From: Felis catus
Taxonomy: Eukaryota
Length of the DNA: 64,000 bases
Direction of reading: 5' to 3'
Assembly (NCBI RefSeq): GCF_018350175.1
Contig: NC_058383.1
Location: 16,866,001-16,930,000, forward strand
A program made the translations under genes and the position numbers. A model generated the notes under the pieces. That model made no database searches and had not been told where the DNA came from. It worked only from the letters and a program-made list of their open reading frames with translations. This document shows, one piece after another, positions 25,509 to 36,311 of the stretch. The first letter of the stretch is position 1, and each line of letters starts with the position of its first letter.

Positions 25509-25980
25509 TGTTGCATCCACACGACTCCTGAAACAGAATGCTATGGGCACCAGTGACAGTCATGACAAAGTTTATTGCAATAAGAGGCAAGGCCGACCGA
25601 TCGGGACCAACACTCTTGATCAGAGTGCAGCCCTGAACAGCCGGGGTATAGAGTTTTTAAAGCCAATCACATAGTTTTATCATTACCTGGGAACAGAACA
25701 GAGAAACAGTTCCCAGATGAGTTAGAAACAGTTGCTGAATGAGGTGATTATTTTAGATTTTCTGCCGCTAAGTTGCAACCAGTGGATCTCCTTGACCTTG
25801 CCTCTGATGCTCTTTTCTTTGAGCTTTTGTTTCCTTCATTGGTAAAGCCTGATTTACAAGAGTATGAAGCGTAATTTACAAGAGTAAAGCAAAGCTGTTT
25901 TCTCTTGACCTTCAGTGTCAGAACAAAGCTGTTATTTTTCAAGCTACCCATTAGCCCTACACTACAATTTTACTCTTAAA
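25509..25980 (-). mobile_element. Solo LTR (ERV1-like)
   Basis: 4-bp TSD ATAG 25505-25508 / 25981-25984; TTTATT polyA signal; both ends homologous (inverted) to the LTR at 29789-30161. Confidence 0.88.
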
Positions 25981-26536
25981 ATAGTCAGGGTCTTGGTGAG
26001 AGGAAGGTTCAGGTAAGAATAAGGATCAAGTTGAGGGACAGGGTCAGTGTCAGGATGAAAGTCATCATCAGGAAAGCTTGCTAGCTTAAGTCAGTATCAG
26101 GGTCTTGGTAGTAGTAGTGTCAGGATCAGCTTCAGGATCAAAGTCAGGGTGTTAGTGTCAGGTTGGTGATCAAGGTCAGTGTGAGGGGTCAGGTGAAGTG
26201 TTAGGTTCAGAATCAGAGTCAGCCTGAATGCCAGGGCTTTAGTAAGTTTCTTGGCCAGGGTTCATATGAAGGTGAAGGTAAAGGTCATGATCACAGGGTG
26301 AGCCACATGCTGAGAGTTAGAGTCCATGTCACAGTTATAGTAAGGTCATAGTGAGGGTCAATTTCAGGGTAAAGATCAAAACAAGATTCCGGTTGAGAGT
26401 CAGGGTCAGAATCAGGGTGAAAGTTAGAGTCAGGTAAGGTTCAGGGTCTAGTTCAGCATCAGGATCAGTATGTGGGTGAAAATGAGAGATATTAGCATGA
26501 GGGTCAGGGACATTTGGGAGAGTAAGAGTGTCTGTA

Positions 26537-26752
26537 GGGGTGCCTGTGTGGCTCAGTCGGTTAAGCGTCCAACTGCGGCTCAGGTCATGATCTCACAGTT
26601 TGTGAGTTCCAGCCCTGCATCAGGCTCTGTGCTGACAGCTCAGAGCCTGGAGCCTGCTTCGAGTTCTGTGTCTCCCTCTCTCTCCCCCTCCCCACCCCTG
26701 CTCACACTCTGCTTTCTCTCTCTCTCTCTCAAAAATAAACATTAAAAAAAAA
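26537..26752 (+). mobile_element. CAN-SINE
   Basis: Perfect 13-bp TSD AAGAGTGTCTGTA 26524-26536 / 26753-26765. Confidence 0.93.
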
Positions 26753-26806
26753 AAGAGTGTCTGTAATTGTCAGGATCAAGGTCAAGTGGGACTTGGTAAG
26801 TGTCAG

Positions 26807-27320
26807 TGATGAAGTTTTGGGGTAGTGGGGGGTTTGTGGGGTCCAGAGCTGATGGCCAAGAAATAATTCTTAAAGACATCTTTGGTGCAAAAAGGTGATT
26901 TTATTAAAGCATAGGGAGAGGACCCAGGGGCAGGAAGAGCTGCACTGTATGTGTGGGGGGTAACCATTTTATGCAGATGGGGGAGAGAGAGTCTTCAAAG
27001 AGACTGTCACATGCTAAAGACTTACTGGAGGTCTAGATATTGTCAAGCTAAGGTTGGTTTCCCCTTTAGCAAAGCATTAACATTAAGATAGTAGGGAGTT
27101 CCTGGACTTTAGACTATAATGGGATTGCCTTTTCCTGGTAGACTGGTGGAGACTCTTATCAGTTTAACCATTTGGTTTTGTTTTTTTTTTTTTCTGTTCT
27201 TTCCTGGTTTTGCCAGGAGTGTCCAAGGAATATCATACATGTCCCACAGTGGTGGGGGTGGGAGGAGGGGGTGTTGTTAGCCTGCACTTTGCCCTCAGCT
27301 TGCCCCATGCTCCCTCTTCA
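26807..27320 (-). mobile_element. Solo LTR (carnivore ERV1-like)
   Basis: TG...CA, TSD TCAG 26803-26806 / 27321-27324; shares GACATCTTTGGTGCAAAAAGGTGATTTTAT with the LTRs at 27961 (inverted) and 39072. Confidence 0.88.
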
Positions 27321-27719
27321 TCAGGGTCAGGGTAAGGTTAAATGCGAAGTTAAAATTCAAAGTCAGCCCATGGGTCCAGGTGAGATTAAAAGTGAGGTTA
27401 AAGTTCAGAGTCAGCCCAAGTGTTGCAGGATTTTTTTTTTACCTCAATACAGGGGTTCATTGTCTTTCTGCTTTGAAGAATGAAGAGGCGGACACAATAA
27501 AATAAGCAGCAGGCAAAAGCTTATTAGAGTATGAGAAAGTAAGAATAGTTTGAAAGCTCTCTTTACAGAGAGGGGGCATTTGAAGGTGAATAACTATGAC
27601 TATAAGCAAGGGTCCTTGTTTTATAAGGTTTTGGTACCCGCCTCCTAACTGCCTACTTGCTTGTTTCTTCTCAGGTCCTACCGTTATTGGCTAGGTAACT
27701 CGAAATGCCTAGTCATTCT

Positions 27720-27932
27720 GGGGCACCTGGGTGGCTCAGTCGGTTGAGCGTCTGACTTTGACTCAGGTCATGATCTCACGATTTGTGAGTTCGAGCCCCG
27801 CGTCAGTCTCTGTGCTGACAGCTCAAGCCTGGAGCCTGCTTCGGATTCTGCGTCTCCTCTCTCTGCCCCTCCCCAACTTGTGCTCTGTCTCTCTTGTCTC
27901 TCAAAAAAATAAATAAATGTAAAAAAAAAATT
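27720..27932 (+). mobile_element. CAN-SINE
   Basis: Perfect 16-bp TSD AAATGCCTAGTCATTC 27703-27718 / 27933-27948. Confidence 0.93.
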
Positions 27933-27960
27933 AAATGCCTAGTCATTCCCCTAGTCATTC

Positions 27961-28465
27961 CGATAAGGGACAAAAAGGCAAGCTAAGGGCCAAGCACAAG
28001 CTAGCACAACCCTCCACCCCAGGGTGGGATATGTGTGATATTCCCTAGGCACTCCTGGCTGCCCAAGAACAAAGGGAAGGACAGAAAACAAATGGTTAAA
28101 CTGATAGTCTCCATCAGTTTACAAGTATCTCATCAATAGCCTAATCAGGAGCTCCCTACTATCTTAATGATAATGCTTTGCTAGAGGGGAAAACAACCTT
28201 ACCCTGACAAGAGCTAGGTCTCCAGTAATCTGTAAATCCTCTTTAGCATATGGAAATCCCTTTAAGAAACTTCCTCTTGAATTTACATCCCCCAAAATTC
28301 CACAGTGTATAAGCAGTCACTCTGTACAACCCCAGTGCAGCTCTTCCCGCCCCTGGGTCCTATCCCCATGCTTTGATAAAATCACCTTTTTGCACCAAAG
28401 ATGTCTTCAAGAATTCTTTCTTGGCCATCAGCTCTGAACCCCAACATCATCCCAAGACTCCATCA
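27961..28465 (+). mobile_element. Solo LTR nested in another LTR
   Basis: (C/T)GATAAGGGA...CTCCATCA, TSD ATTC 27957-27960 / 28466-28469; same family as the LTRs at 26807 and 39072. Confidence 0.88.
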
Positions 28466-28963
28466 ATTCCTTTTTGATTGGCTTGTTTCTATTGTATGAG
28501 AGATGGTCTGTGACCATACTGTTCCTTGTGGGTCATACATTTTATGGTCTACTACTTATTTTTAGTTAGCTCTTTTGTGAAATTCCTAAGGGAAACCTGA
28601 GGGACAGTAGGTGGTGTCCATTACTTTCTTAAGAGAAACCTGAAGCCCTAGGGGCTTTGCTGTGGTCAGCCACTCCCAGCATTGTTCCAAAATATGTGTT
28701 TTTTCCCCACCCAGGGACCTCAAGTCCTGATCTTTCCCTCTGTGCCTGTTTTATCCTATCTTTCCTATCATACTGGGATCAAGGTCAATGTTAGGGTCAG
28801 GATCAGAGCAGGGATATTGCTGTAATATTTCATTCTTTTGTTTATAATCTTGCTTCTAGCATTAATTCAGGTACTGCTATCAAAACAAAAGAAACATTAT
28901 TCTTTCTGCTAATTTTGGTTTTATTTTTCTGCCGGAATGGTAATGGATTTGGAGTACTCATTG

Positions 28964-29280
28964 TGTTACAGAACCAGGCTGGAACGTTGGCGGAAAAAAC
29001 AAGCAGCACTCAGAGATCTTGGAGGATTGGAGACTTATTTATTTAACACCAGCGGGCTCAGAGGAGACTGTTTCTCCAAAGATCTGAGCCCCGAATGCAA
29101 GTGGAAAGGGTAATTTATAGTTGTCAGATTCCGTATCTGTGGGGATTTTCACGCGGCAGCAAACAGGGCAAGAAGAAACCTCCCCCCACCCCCCCAAGAG
29201 GGGTCTCTAAGCTACAGACCAGAGCTGGTTTTAGTCCCATCAGCCATCTTTGGCGCAGTACTTTATTCATTTCTCCAACA
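28964..29280 (-). mobile_element. Solo LTR
   Basis: TGTTACAG...CTCCAACA, TSD ATTG 28960-28963 / 29281-29284, TTTATT polyA signal ~29038. Confidence 0.8.
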
Positions 29281-29788
29281 ATTGGCCCAGTAATTTTAAT
29301 TGTATTATTAGGGACCATCAGATCCTGATAATTCATACCTCTGAAAAATCAAAATATTCTAAGTTTTACTCCTTTGTAGATTTATAGCCAGATGCCTGGG
29401 TGATAGAAGTGCAAGAACATGCAGTATAGTTTTAATAGATTTCTGTCCTTAAAAAAAAATGTTTTGCAACTTCTAAATTTCATAGTTTACAGAATAATTG
29501 AAAGAAAATTTAGATGTTGAATTTCCCACTACAATTTACCTGATAATTGGTCATCTTCCTTTCAGCATTTGAGAAATGGTTAGGTGCTCCCAAGGCTAGA
29601 TAGTTCCAAATTTATGGAAAGTTTGTCTTCATTAATTGAGCCAAAATAGCTTTTGACCATTCTTTTCAGCTTCATACAACAACAGAGTAAATCTAGTCTT
29701 TCTTTCATATGGCTTTTCAGTCTCTCTCCTCCTCCTATGCACAGTAGTGCAAGTCTTTTTGCAAAGGTGAGGCAATTAACAACTATCC

Positions 29789-30161
29789 TGTAAGGGTTAA
29801 ATTGTAGTGTAGGGCTAACCTGTAGCCTTAAGAAATAACAGCTTTGTTTTCACCCTATAGGTTAAGAGATAACAGTCTTATCCTATCAATCAAGGGATGG
29901 ATTGTGTTTGATTGGATTGGGGCAAGGGTATGTCTAAACTGTTTCAACCCCCATCTGGGAACTATTCCTTTGTTCTGTTCCTAGGTGATGATAAGACGAT
30001 ATGGTCTGCTATAAAAACTCTGCACCCTGGCTGTTGAGACCGCACTCTGCTCAAGAGCATTGGTCCTGTTTGGTTGGCCTTGCCTCTCATTGCAATCAAC
30101 TTTGTTGTGACTGCCACTGGTGCCCATAGCATTCTGTTTCAGGGGTCGTGTGGATGCAACA
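29789..30161 (+). mobile_element. Solo LTR (ERV1-like)
   Basis: TGTAAGGG...GATGCAACA, TSD ATCC 29785-29788 / 30162-30165, TATAAAAA ~30010. Confidence 0.88.
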
Positions 30162-31091
30162 ATCCCATCTGAGCAGGCCCTAGGTTCCCATTAATGGGCT
30201 GAAATTTCCTGAGGGGCACAGTAGGAAGACAGTGGCCTCCACCTGGGCCACGATCCACACTTGAAAGTATTCACTGCCTGATTCCCTGGGAGGCTGTCAC
30301 TCTCTTGATGGGTCCTGACATCCTCACACCCTAAGTTTGGAAGGATGGCTGGGTGTTCTGAGTGCCTTCCCTTTGGACCCTGAACTAGACTACCAAGACT
30401 CCAAAACCAAAAGCCAGAGGTTTGAGTGCATAGAACCAAAGGTAAGACTTGCTGAAGGCTGGAATGAGATAACAATCTCACCCCCAAACCTTCCTGGCTG
30501 AAGAGAAAACAGCCCCCCCACCCCCCGTGTCCACCTCTGATTGGTGTGTCCTGCCCCTTAGGCCTGTGCTTCCTGCCCCTCCCCCACCTGCATCCTCCAT
30601 CCTGGGATCACTCCTGTTGAGCCCATCAGAGACTTTCCTGGTTATTGGATACTGAAAGTTTTGCAGAACACTCCTTGCTAACATTTTCATTTCGATTTTT
30701 AAACCCAGTGAACCTGGCCCTGCCATGATTCCACCCTAGAACCCTAAAATGGTGATGCTTATAGGGTTTAAAGGCTGAAGAGAAAGGAGAATAGTCCGGG
30801 GAATGACAGGAGAAGGTTGGCACAGCAGAGGCAGGCAAGATCTCTGCTTCCCAATCCTGGGATTTGAGTCTGAGGAATTATGGAGCCAACGGTTTTCCTA
30901 TCTGAAAAATAAGGGATGTGTTGAATGTTTCCCATGATCCCCTTGAACTCTAAATACTACAGGGAGGTATTCTGTGGTATTAGAGTCATGAGATCCTAGA
31001 ACTTTTTCAAGCTAAGGCGCTATGGGCAAGGAATTGGAAAATTGAGATGGGTGGCCTCTTGATTCCACTGAGCCTGAGATGAATAAGTCAT

Positions 31092-31292
31092 GGAGCACCT
31101 GGGTGGCTCAGTTAGTTAAGCTTCCCACTTCAGGTCATGATCTTGCTGTTTGTGAGTTTGAGCCCTGTTTCAGGCTCTGTGCTGATAGCTCAGAGCCTGG
31201 AGCCTGCTTTGGATTCTGTCTCCCTCTCTCTCTGCCCCTCCCCCTGCTCATGCTCTCTCTCTCACAAAAATAAATATTTAAAACAATTTTTT
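31092..31292 (+). mobile_element. CAN-SINE
   Basis: GGAGCACCTGGGTGGCTCAGTTAG head, (CT)n, A-tail. Confidence 0.9.
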
Positions 31293-31636
31293 AAATGAAT
31301 AAATTGTCTTCCAACAACGTGTCTTTCAACAAGAATGCCACAGGACCACATTTCTGGAGAGCTTTTTCTTTACTTTTTCTTTCTTTTTTTTTTTTTGACG
31401 ACCCTTTCCCCTGCAACTTTTTCTTTAGTCTCTGCCTGCCTGGCCTTTCTTCAGGCTATTTTAGTACTACCCAGTGGTTACTTAAGGCTACTATCCTCTG
31501 CTCTAAGGAATTAAGTATCCAGGATCATATCTAGAAAGCAGAGCTAAAGGAAAAGGAACCAACTGCTTACACAAATCAGGGACAGACAACTGAAAAAGAA
31601 CAGAATAGCCAGGAAGACCAGCAAACCAATTTAGTC

Positions 31637-31642
31637 TTTATT
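31637..31642 (-). terminator. AHSP: AHSP polyadenylation signal
   Basis: TTTATT (AATAAA on minus) about 140 nt downstream of the stop codon. Confidence 0.8.
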
Positions 31643-31780
31643 AAAGTGTCAGGGTAGGGTAACACCATGAAATGTCAGAGCCTGAGCACTTGAAGAACAC
31701 AGAGGAAGGATTTAAGGGCTTCTTATGGATGTAGGCCTGGGTTTCCAGGCTAGAGAGAAGGCAGTGGGTGATTCAGATGT

Positions 31781-32266
31781 TCACAAGGACTTCAGGAAGG
31801 CCCTATATTTGGCCAGGAAAGGGGCAGACAGAGTATTTAGCTCTTGCCGAAGTTCCTGTAGAGCCCTTTCCTGCTCTTGCTGCTCCCCCACCACCTGTGT
31901 CCTGTAATAGTTGATGTAGAAGTTCACCCAGTCATCCACTATAGTCACCATGGCTTCTTCAGGGATAGAAGGATTAGGAAAGACCTGCAGGATGAGGGGG
32001 TGGCAAGGGAGAATGTGTTCAGCAGTGCAATTCAGGAATAACTCACAAACTCTGACATCTTCCTGTCTCTGAATTGCAGAATTCCATTAACTGCACCATT
32101 ACTCTCCCAGCTCCAAATTATCCTCCTTTGTCTGCCCACACCCACCCACAAAGAGTCAGGCCTGTTCTTTTGAAACAGTACCTGGGCTTACCTGCTGATC
32201 CAGCAGAATATTAAATTCCTTCATTCCTTTGGAAATGAGATCCTTATTGGCTTGAAGAAGGGCCAT
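31781..32266 (-). CDS. AHSP: Alpha-hemoglobin stabilizing protein, 92 aa
   Basis: Coding exons 32192-32266 (MALLQANKDLISKGMKEFNILLDQQ) and 31781-31984 (VFPNPSIPEEAMVTIVDDWVNFYINYYRTQVVGEQQEQERALQELRQELNTLSAPFLAKYRAFLKSL*); GT-AG intron; position next to RUSF1 matches human synteny. Confidence 0.96.
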
Positions 32267-32439
32267 CTGCCTGGGTTAGAGAAAGAGACTGAATTTAAGT
32301 ATGCTTTTTCCTCATTCCTGGGTATTTCCCCGAATTCTCTCATCCCCCTTAAAGATATCTGGTGCCTTGCAGGACCACTTCTCCAACACTTTTCAAGTCT
32401 GCCCTGCTCTGAGATCACATTTGTCCCAGGTTGGCTCAC

Positions 32440-32540
32440 CTTCAGGTCCAACAGTGCTATGTACGTCTCCCCCACACTTTCCAGGGTATGTATGTCCCTC
32501 TCTAAGCTAAATGTAGACAAGGAGTCAAGTGTCAGCCTAA
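32440..32540 (-). other. AHSP: AHSP non-coding exon 1 (5' boundary approximate)
   Basis: Minus strand GGACCTGAAG|GTGAGC donor at 32440/32439; exon 2 acceptor CAG|GCAGATG at 32270. Confidence 0.7.
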
Positions 32541-32569
32541 GAGGGAAACGCCCTGCATCTAGGTTCTGA

Positions 32570-32660
32570 AGGAGGGTGATAGGTCAATCAGGAGATGGGA
32601 AGGTGGGGAGAGGTTTCCCTGAAGTTAAAAGATAGCAAGGCCAAGAAAAGCAGATAAGTG
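32570..32660 (-). promoter_or_regulatory. AHSP: Erythroid promoter of AHSP (GATA and CACCC sites)
   Basis: TGATAG 32577-32582, AGATAG 32630-32635, AGATAA 32652-32657 and CACCC (minus) 32574-32578; AHSP is an established GATA1/KLF1 target. Confidence 0.65.
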
Positions 32661-32794
32661 AGGAGACCTAGAAAACCAAACGAGGACAGGTCCTTGTCAT
32701 CTGCCCCACATCTTGGCATCCATGCTCCAAAATTAAAATTTAGGCCAACAAAACTAATATTAATTGACTCCCTGTTAATATGACAGACACCTTT

Positions 32795-32971
32795 TTTTTC
32801 ATTTTATTTTAATTCCAGTATAGTTAACATACAATGTTATATTGGTTTCAGACCTATGATACAGTGATTCAACAATTCCATACATCACCCTGTGCTCATC
32901 ATGACAAATGCATTCCTTAATCCCTATCACCCATTTTACCCATGTCCCCATCCACTTCCCCTCTGGTAACT

Positions 32972-33017
<46 letters not shown>

Positions 33018-33193
33018 TTGCTTGTTTGTTTTGTTTCTTAAATTCCTCTTATAAGCAAAATCATGCAGTGTTTGTCTTTCTCTGCCTGACTTACTTTGCT
33101 TAGTTCCACTTATATTCTCAAGCTCCATCCATGTCACAAATGGGAAGATGGTATTCTTTTCTATAGCTGAATAAGATTCTAATATTTATATTC

Positions 33194-33241
<48 letters not shown>

Positions 33242-33458
33242 GTATATACATATATATACATAGGTATATACATATATATACATAGGGATATACATATATG
33301 TGTGTGTGTGTGTGTATATATATATGTATATATATATGCCACATCCATCTATCGATGGACACTTGGGCTGCTTCCATAATTTGGCAATTATAAATAATGC
33401 TGCTATAAAAATAGGGGTGCATGTATCCCTTTGAATTAGTGTTTTTCTATTTTGGGGA
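32795..33458 (-). mobile_element. Carnivore L1 3' fragment with (CT)n and (TA)n/(TG)n microsatellites
   Basis: Antisense L1 3' end motifs (CCCTGTGCTCATCATGACAAATGC, GGACACTTGGGCTGCTTCCATAATTTGGC); (TA)n ~33197-33237. Confidence 0.85.
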
Positions 33459-34029
33459 TAATGAGATACTTTTAAATCATCACAACAATGTGATGGTAAT
33501 TATTCTCCAATTCATTGATGATATATTAATAGCAGCTACATTAATCATTTGTGTCAGAAATGGTTTCAAGCATGTATTGAGGTATTTCTCCTTATAAAAC
33601 ATCCTATTAGACAGGGACTAATAGTAGTCACATTTTGCAGATGAACCACCTATAAGATGTGGGGAATTGTACTCTACAGGGCCGTGCTCCATAAGAATGG
33701 AGACACATCTGTCTTGTTCTCAACCATATCATCAAGTATTCAACAAAGCAGAAATGCTTTTCTTCTTTTTAAATATTTTCCTAATGTTTTCCATTTTCAG
33801 TAGATGTTTTTCAAATTTCAAAATCAGCACATGCTAATTGAAGTATTTTGAAACAATACAAAAATGTACACTGAAAAAGTTGGTAGTTTTGTTTCCTCCC
33901 CCCAACAAAGTAACCAGCATTAAAGATGTATTTATTTCCTGTCACATCTTTCTTCATTCAAAAACCAACATTTATAGGTACATATATATTCATAAAGGCT
34001 TTGCTGATTTACTTTTTTGTTTATAGTAT

Positions 34030-35464
34030 GTTCTTAATTAACAGACAGCAAAATTGATTTCCCTTTGGTGTACAATTTATGACTTTTATTACATAGATTC
34101 ATACTCTCACAATCAGGACACAGAACATTTCCATCACCACATAAAGCTCCTTCATGCTACCCCTTTGTAGTCACCCCCACTCCCCTCCCTAAACCTTGCC
34201 AACCACCGATCTGTTCTCCATCCCAACAATGTAGTGTTTGTGAGGATGTCTTATAATGGAATTCCACAGTATGTAACCTTTGAGTGTGGCTTCTTTCACC
34301 CAGAATAATGCCTTTAGCATTCAGGCAAATTGTTGCAAGTAGCAATAAGTTGTTCCTTCTCATTGCTGGGTATGCATCACATGGATGCACTATAGTTTGT
34401 TTATTCATTTACCCACTGAAGGACATATGGATTATTTGCATTTGGGGCAAGTATGAATAGAGCTGCTATAAATATTTTTATACGGATTTTTGTGTGAACA
34501 TGTTTTCATTTATCTAGGGTAAAAAAATATTTGTTACCACTGAGGGAAATGATTGCAATACAACCTGGCAGGGAACCCGTATACAGAATTTATGACAAAC
34601 TCTTATAGTTTGATAATGAAACAGTCTGGTTTTTTAAGTTGCCAAAAGACTAGAACAGATATTTCACAAAGAAGATACACAAATAGACAATAAGCATATG
34701 AAAGGACATTCAACATTATTACTCAGCAGGGAAATACAAATTAGTGCTACAAAGTGATACCACTGCATGCCCACTACAATGACTAAAAATTTAAAAGCCA
34801 GATTAAGTGTTGGTGAGGATATGGGATGACTAGAATTGTCATACATTGCTAGTGGGAGTATAAATGTTACAACCACTTTGGAAAACAATTTGGCAATTTC
34901 TTATAAAGTTCAACATACACTTACCACGTGACCCAGCAATTTCACTCCTAGGTGGAGTTCATGAGAAATGAACATACATGTCTACAAAAACACTTACATG
35001 CAAATGCAAATGTTCACAGCAGCTTTATTCATGAAAAAAAAAAAAAGGAAACAACCCAAAAGTCCAATAACCACTGAATAGATATACAAATTGTGGTATA
35101 TTCACACAATTAAATACTACTCAGCAATGAAAAGTAACAGATTAATGGTACTCATGACAACATGGATGAATCTGAGAATAATTCTGCTGAGCTAAAGAAG
35201 CCAGACATAAAAGATTATATACAGTATAATTCCATATCTATGAAATTCTCGAATAGGTAAAAATGATCTATAGTGAAAAAAGCAGATCAGAACACAAGAG
35301 TAGAGGGGCACCTGGGTGGCTCAATTGCTTAAGCGTCCAACTTCATTCAGCTGAGGTCATGGTCTTGCGGTTTGTGAGTTTGAACCCCACATTGGACTCT
35401 CTGCTGTGAGCACAGAGCCTGCTTCAGAGCCTCTGTTCCCCTCTCTTTTCCCCTTTCCTGCTCA

Positions 35465-35495
<31 letters not shown>

Positions 35496-35930
35496 AAAAT
35501 AAATAAATAAACTTAAATATATTTTTTAATTAAAAAAAGAACACAAGAGTGGAGATTAAAATGCAAAGCTGCCCAAGGGAAATTTTTTGGACAATAGAAA
35601 TATATATAAATTGATTATGACAAGCATTTTCATGCACTGTTAGTAGGAATATAAATTGGTAAAGCTTTTTAAAGGGATAACTTGACAAAACTTGTTTCAG
35701 TTAAAATACACATATGATTCAACCCAATGATTCTGCCTTGAACTCTATTTTAAAGAAAAGAATGAAATTATTTGTAATAATGAAAAGGTAGACAAACCCA
35801 AATGCCTATTACTATGAGGAATTATTAAAGAAATTATGGCACATTCATAGTATGGAATGACATGCAGCTATTAAAATAAATGAAGTCGATATATATGTGC
35901 TGATATGAAAAGATCTCTATTATAATGTTA
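34030..35930. mobile_element. Ancient L1M 3' fragments (minus ~34030-34520, plus ~34580-35930)
   Basis: Typical L1M 3' motifs (ACAACCACTTTGGAAAACAATTTGGC, GACCCAGCAATTTCACTCCTAGG). Confidence 0.7.
35305..35537 (+). mobile_element. CAN-SINE
   Basis: TSD AGAACACAAGAGT 35289-35301 / 35538-35550. Confidence 0.9.
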
Positions 35931-36010
35931 AATGAATCATAATTAGAGCAGGCTACCCCAGGCTGCAAGTATGGGAGTATGGGAGTAAGGATTAAATGTA
36001 AAACTATATA

Positions 36011-36014
<4 letters not shown>

Positions 36015-36048
<34 letters not shown>
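36015..36048. repeat. (TG)n microsatellite
   Basis: About 17 pure TG units. Confidence 0.95.
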
Positions 36049-36049
<1 letters not shown>

Positions 36050-36051
36050 TT

Positions 36052-36119
36052 AACATTGTGTACTATTCTACACAAATGCGCGCATTCGCACATGTTTGTG
36101 TAGAATAGTACACAATGTT
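36052..36119. repeat. Perfect inverted repeat, 25-bp arms with 18-nt spacer
   Basis: AACATTGTGTACTATTCTACACAAA (36052-36076) is the exact reverse complement of TTTGTGTAGAATAGTACACAATGTT (36095-36119). Confidence 0.95.
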
Positions 36120-36311
36120 TACTTCTGGGGATTGAGTAATATTTGTTGGGAAATGGGAAAAGAGATAAATGTCGAGGGAGAACTTGATCTTATCTATTTA
36201 TATTATTGTTTGAATTATTTCACAGAAAGAATGCATCCTTCTATTATTTTTTTAATTCTCACAAAAAATACAAAATTAAAAAGATGGTGTATTTCTAAAA
36301 TCATTAGCCTC

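Larger units (their letters stand above)
27421..28770 (-). mobile_element. Solo LTR hosting a SINE and another LTR
   Basis: Starts TGTTGCAGG, ends CCTATCA where the hexamer array resumes; TATA-like TTTTATAAG and ATTGG boxes in minus-strand order; TSD not evident. Confidence 0.6.
21780..28815 (+). repeat. Degenerate hexamer array (consensus ~TCAGGG/GGGTCA, occasional TTAGGG), fragmented by insertions
   Basis: Segments ~21780-22526, 24541-24866, 25079-25508, 25981-26536, 26766-26806, 27321-27420 and 28771-28815. G-rich plus strand. The 6-nt period shows as (VR)n / (LT)n dipeptide ORFs. TGAGGGTTAGGGTTAGGGTCA at 24603-24623. Confidence 0.8.
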
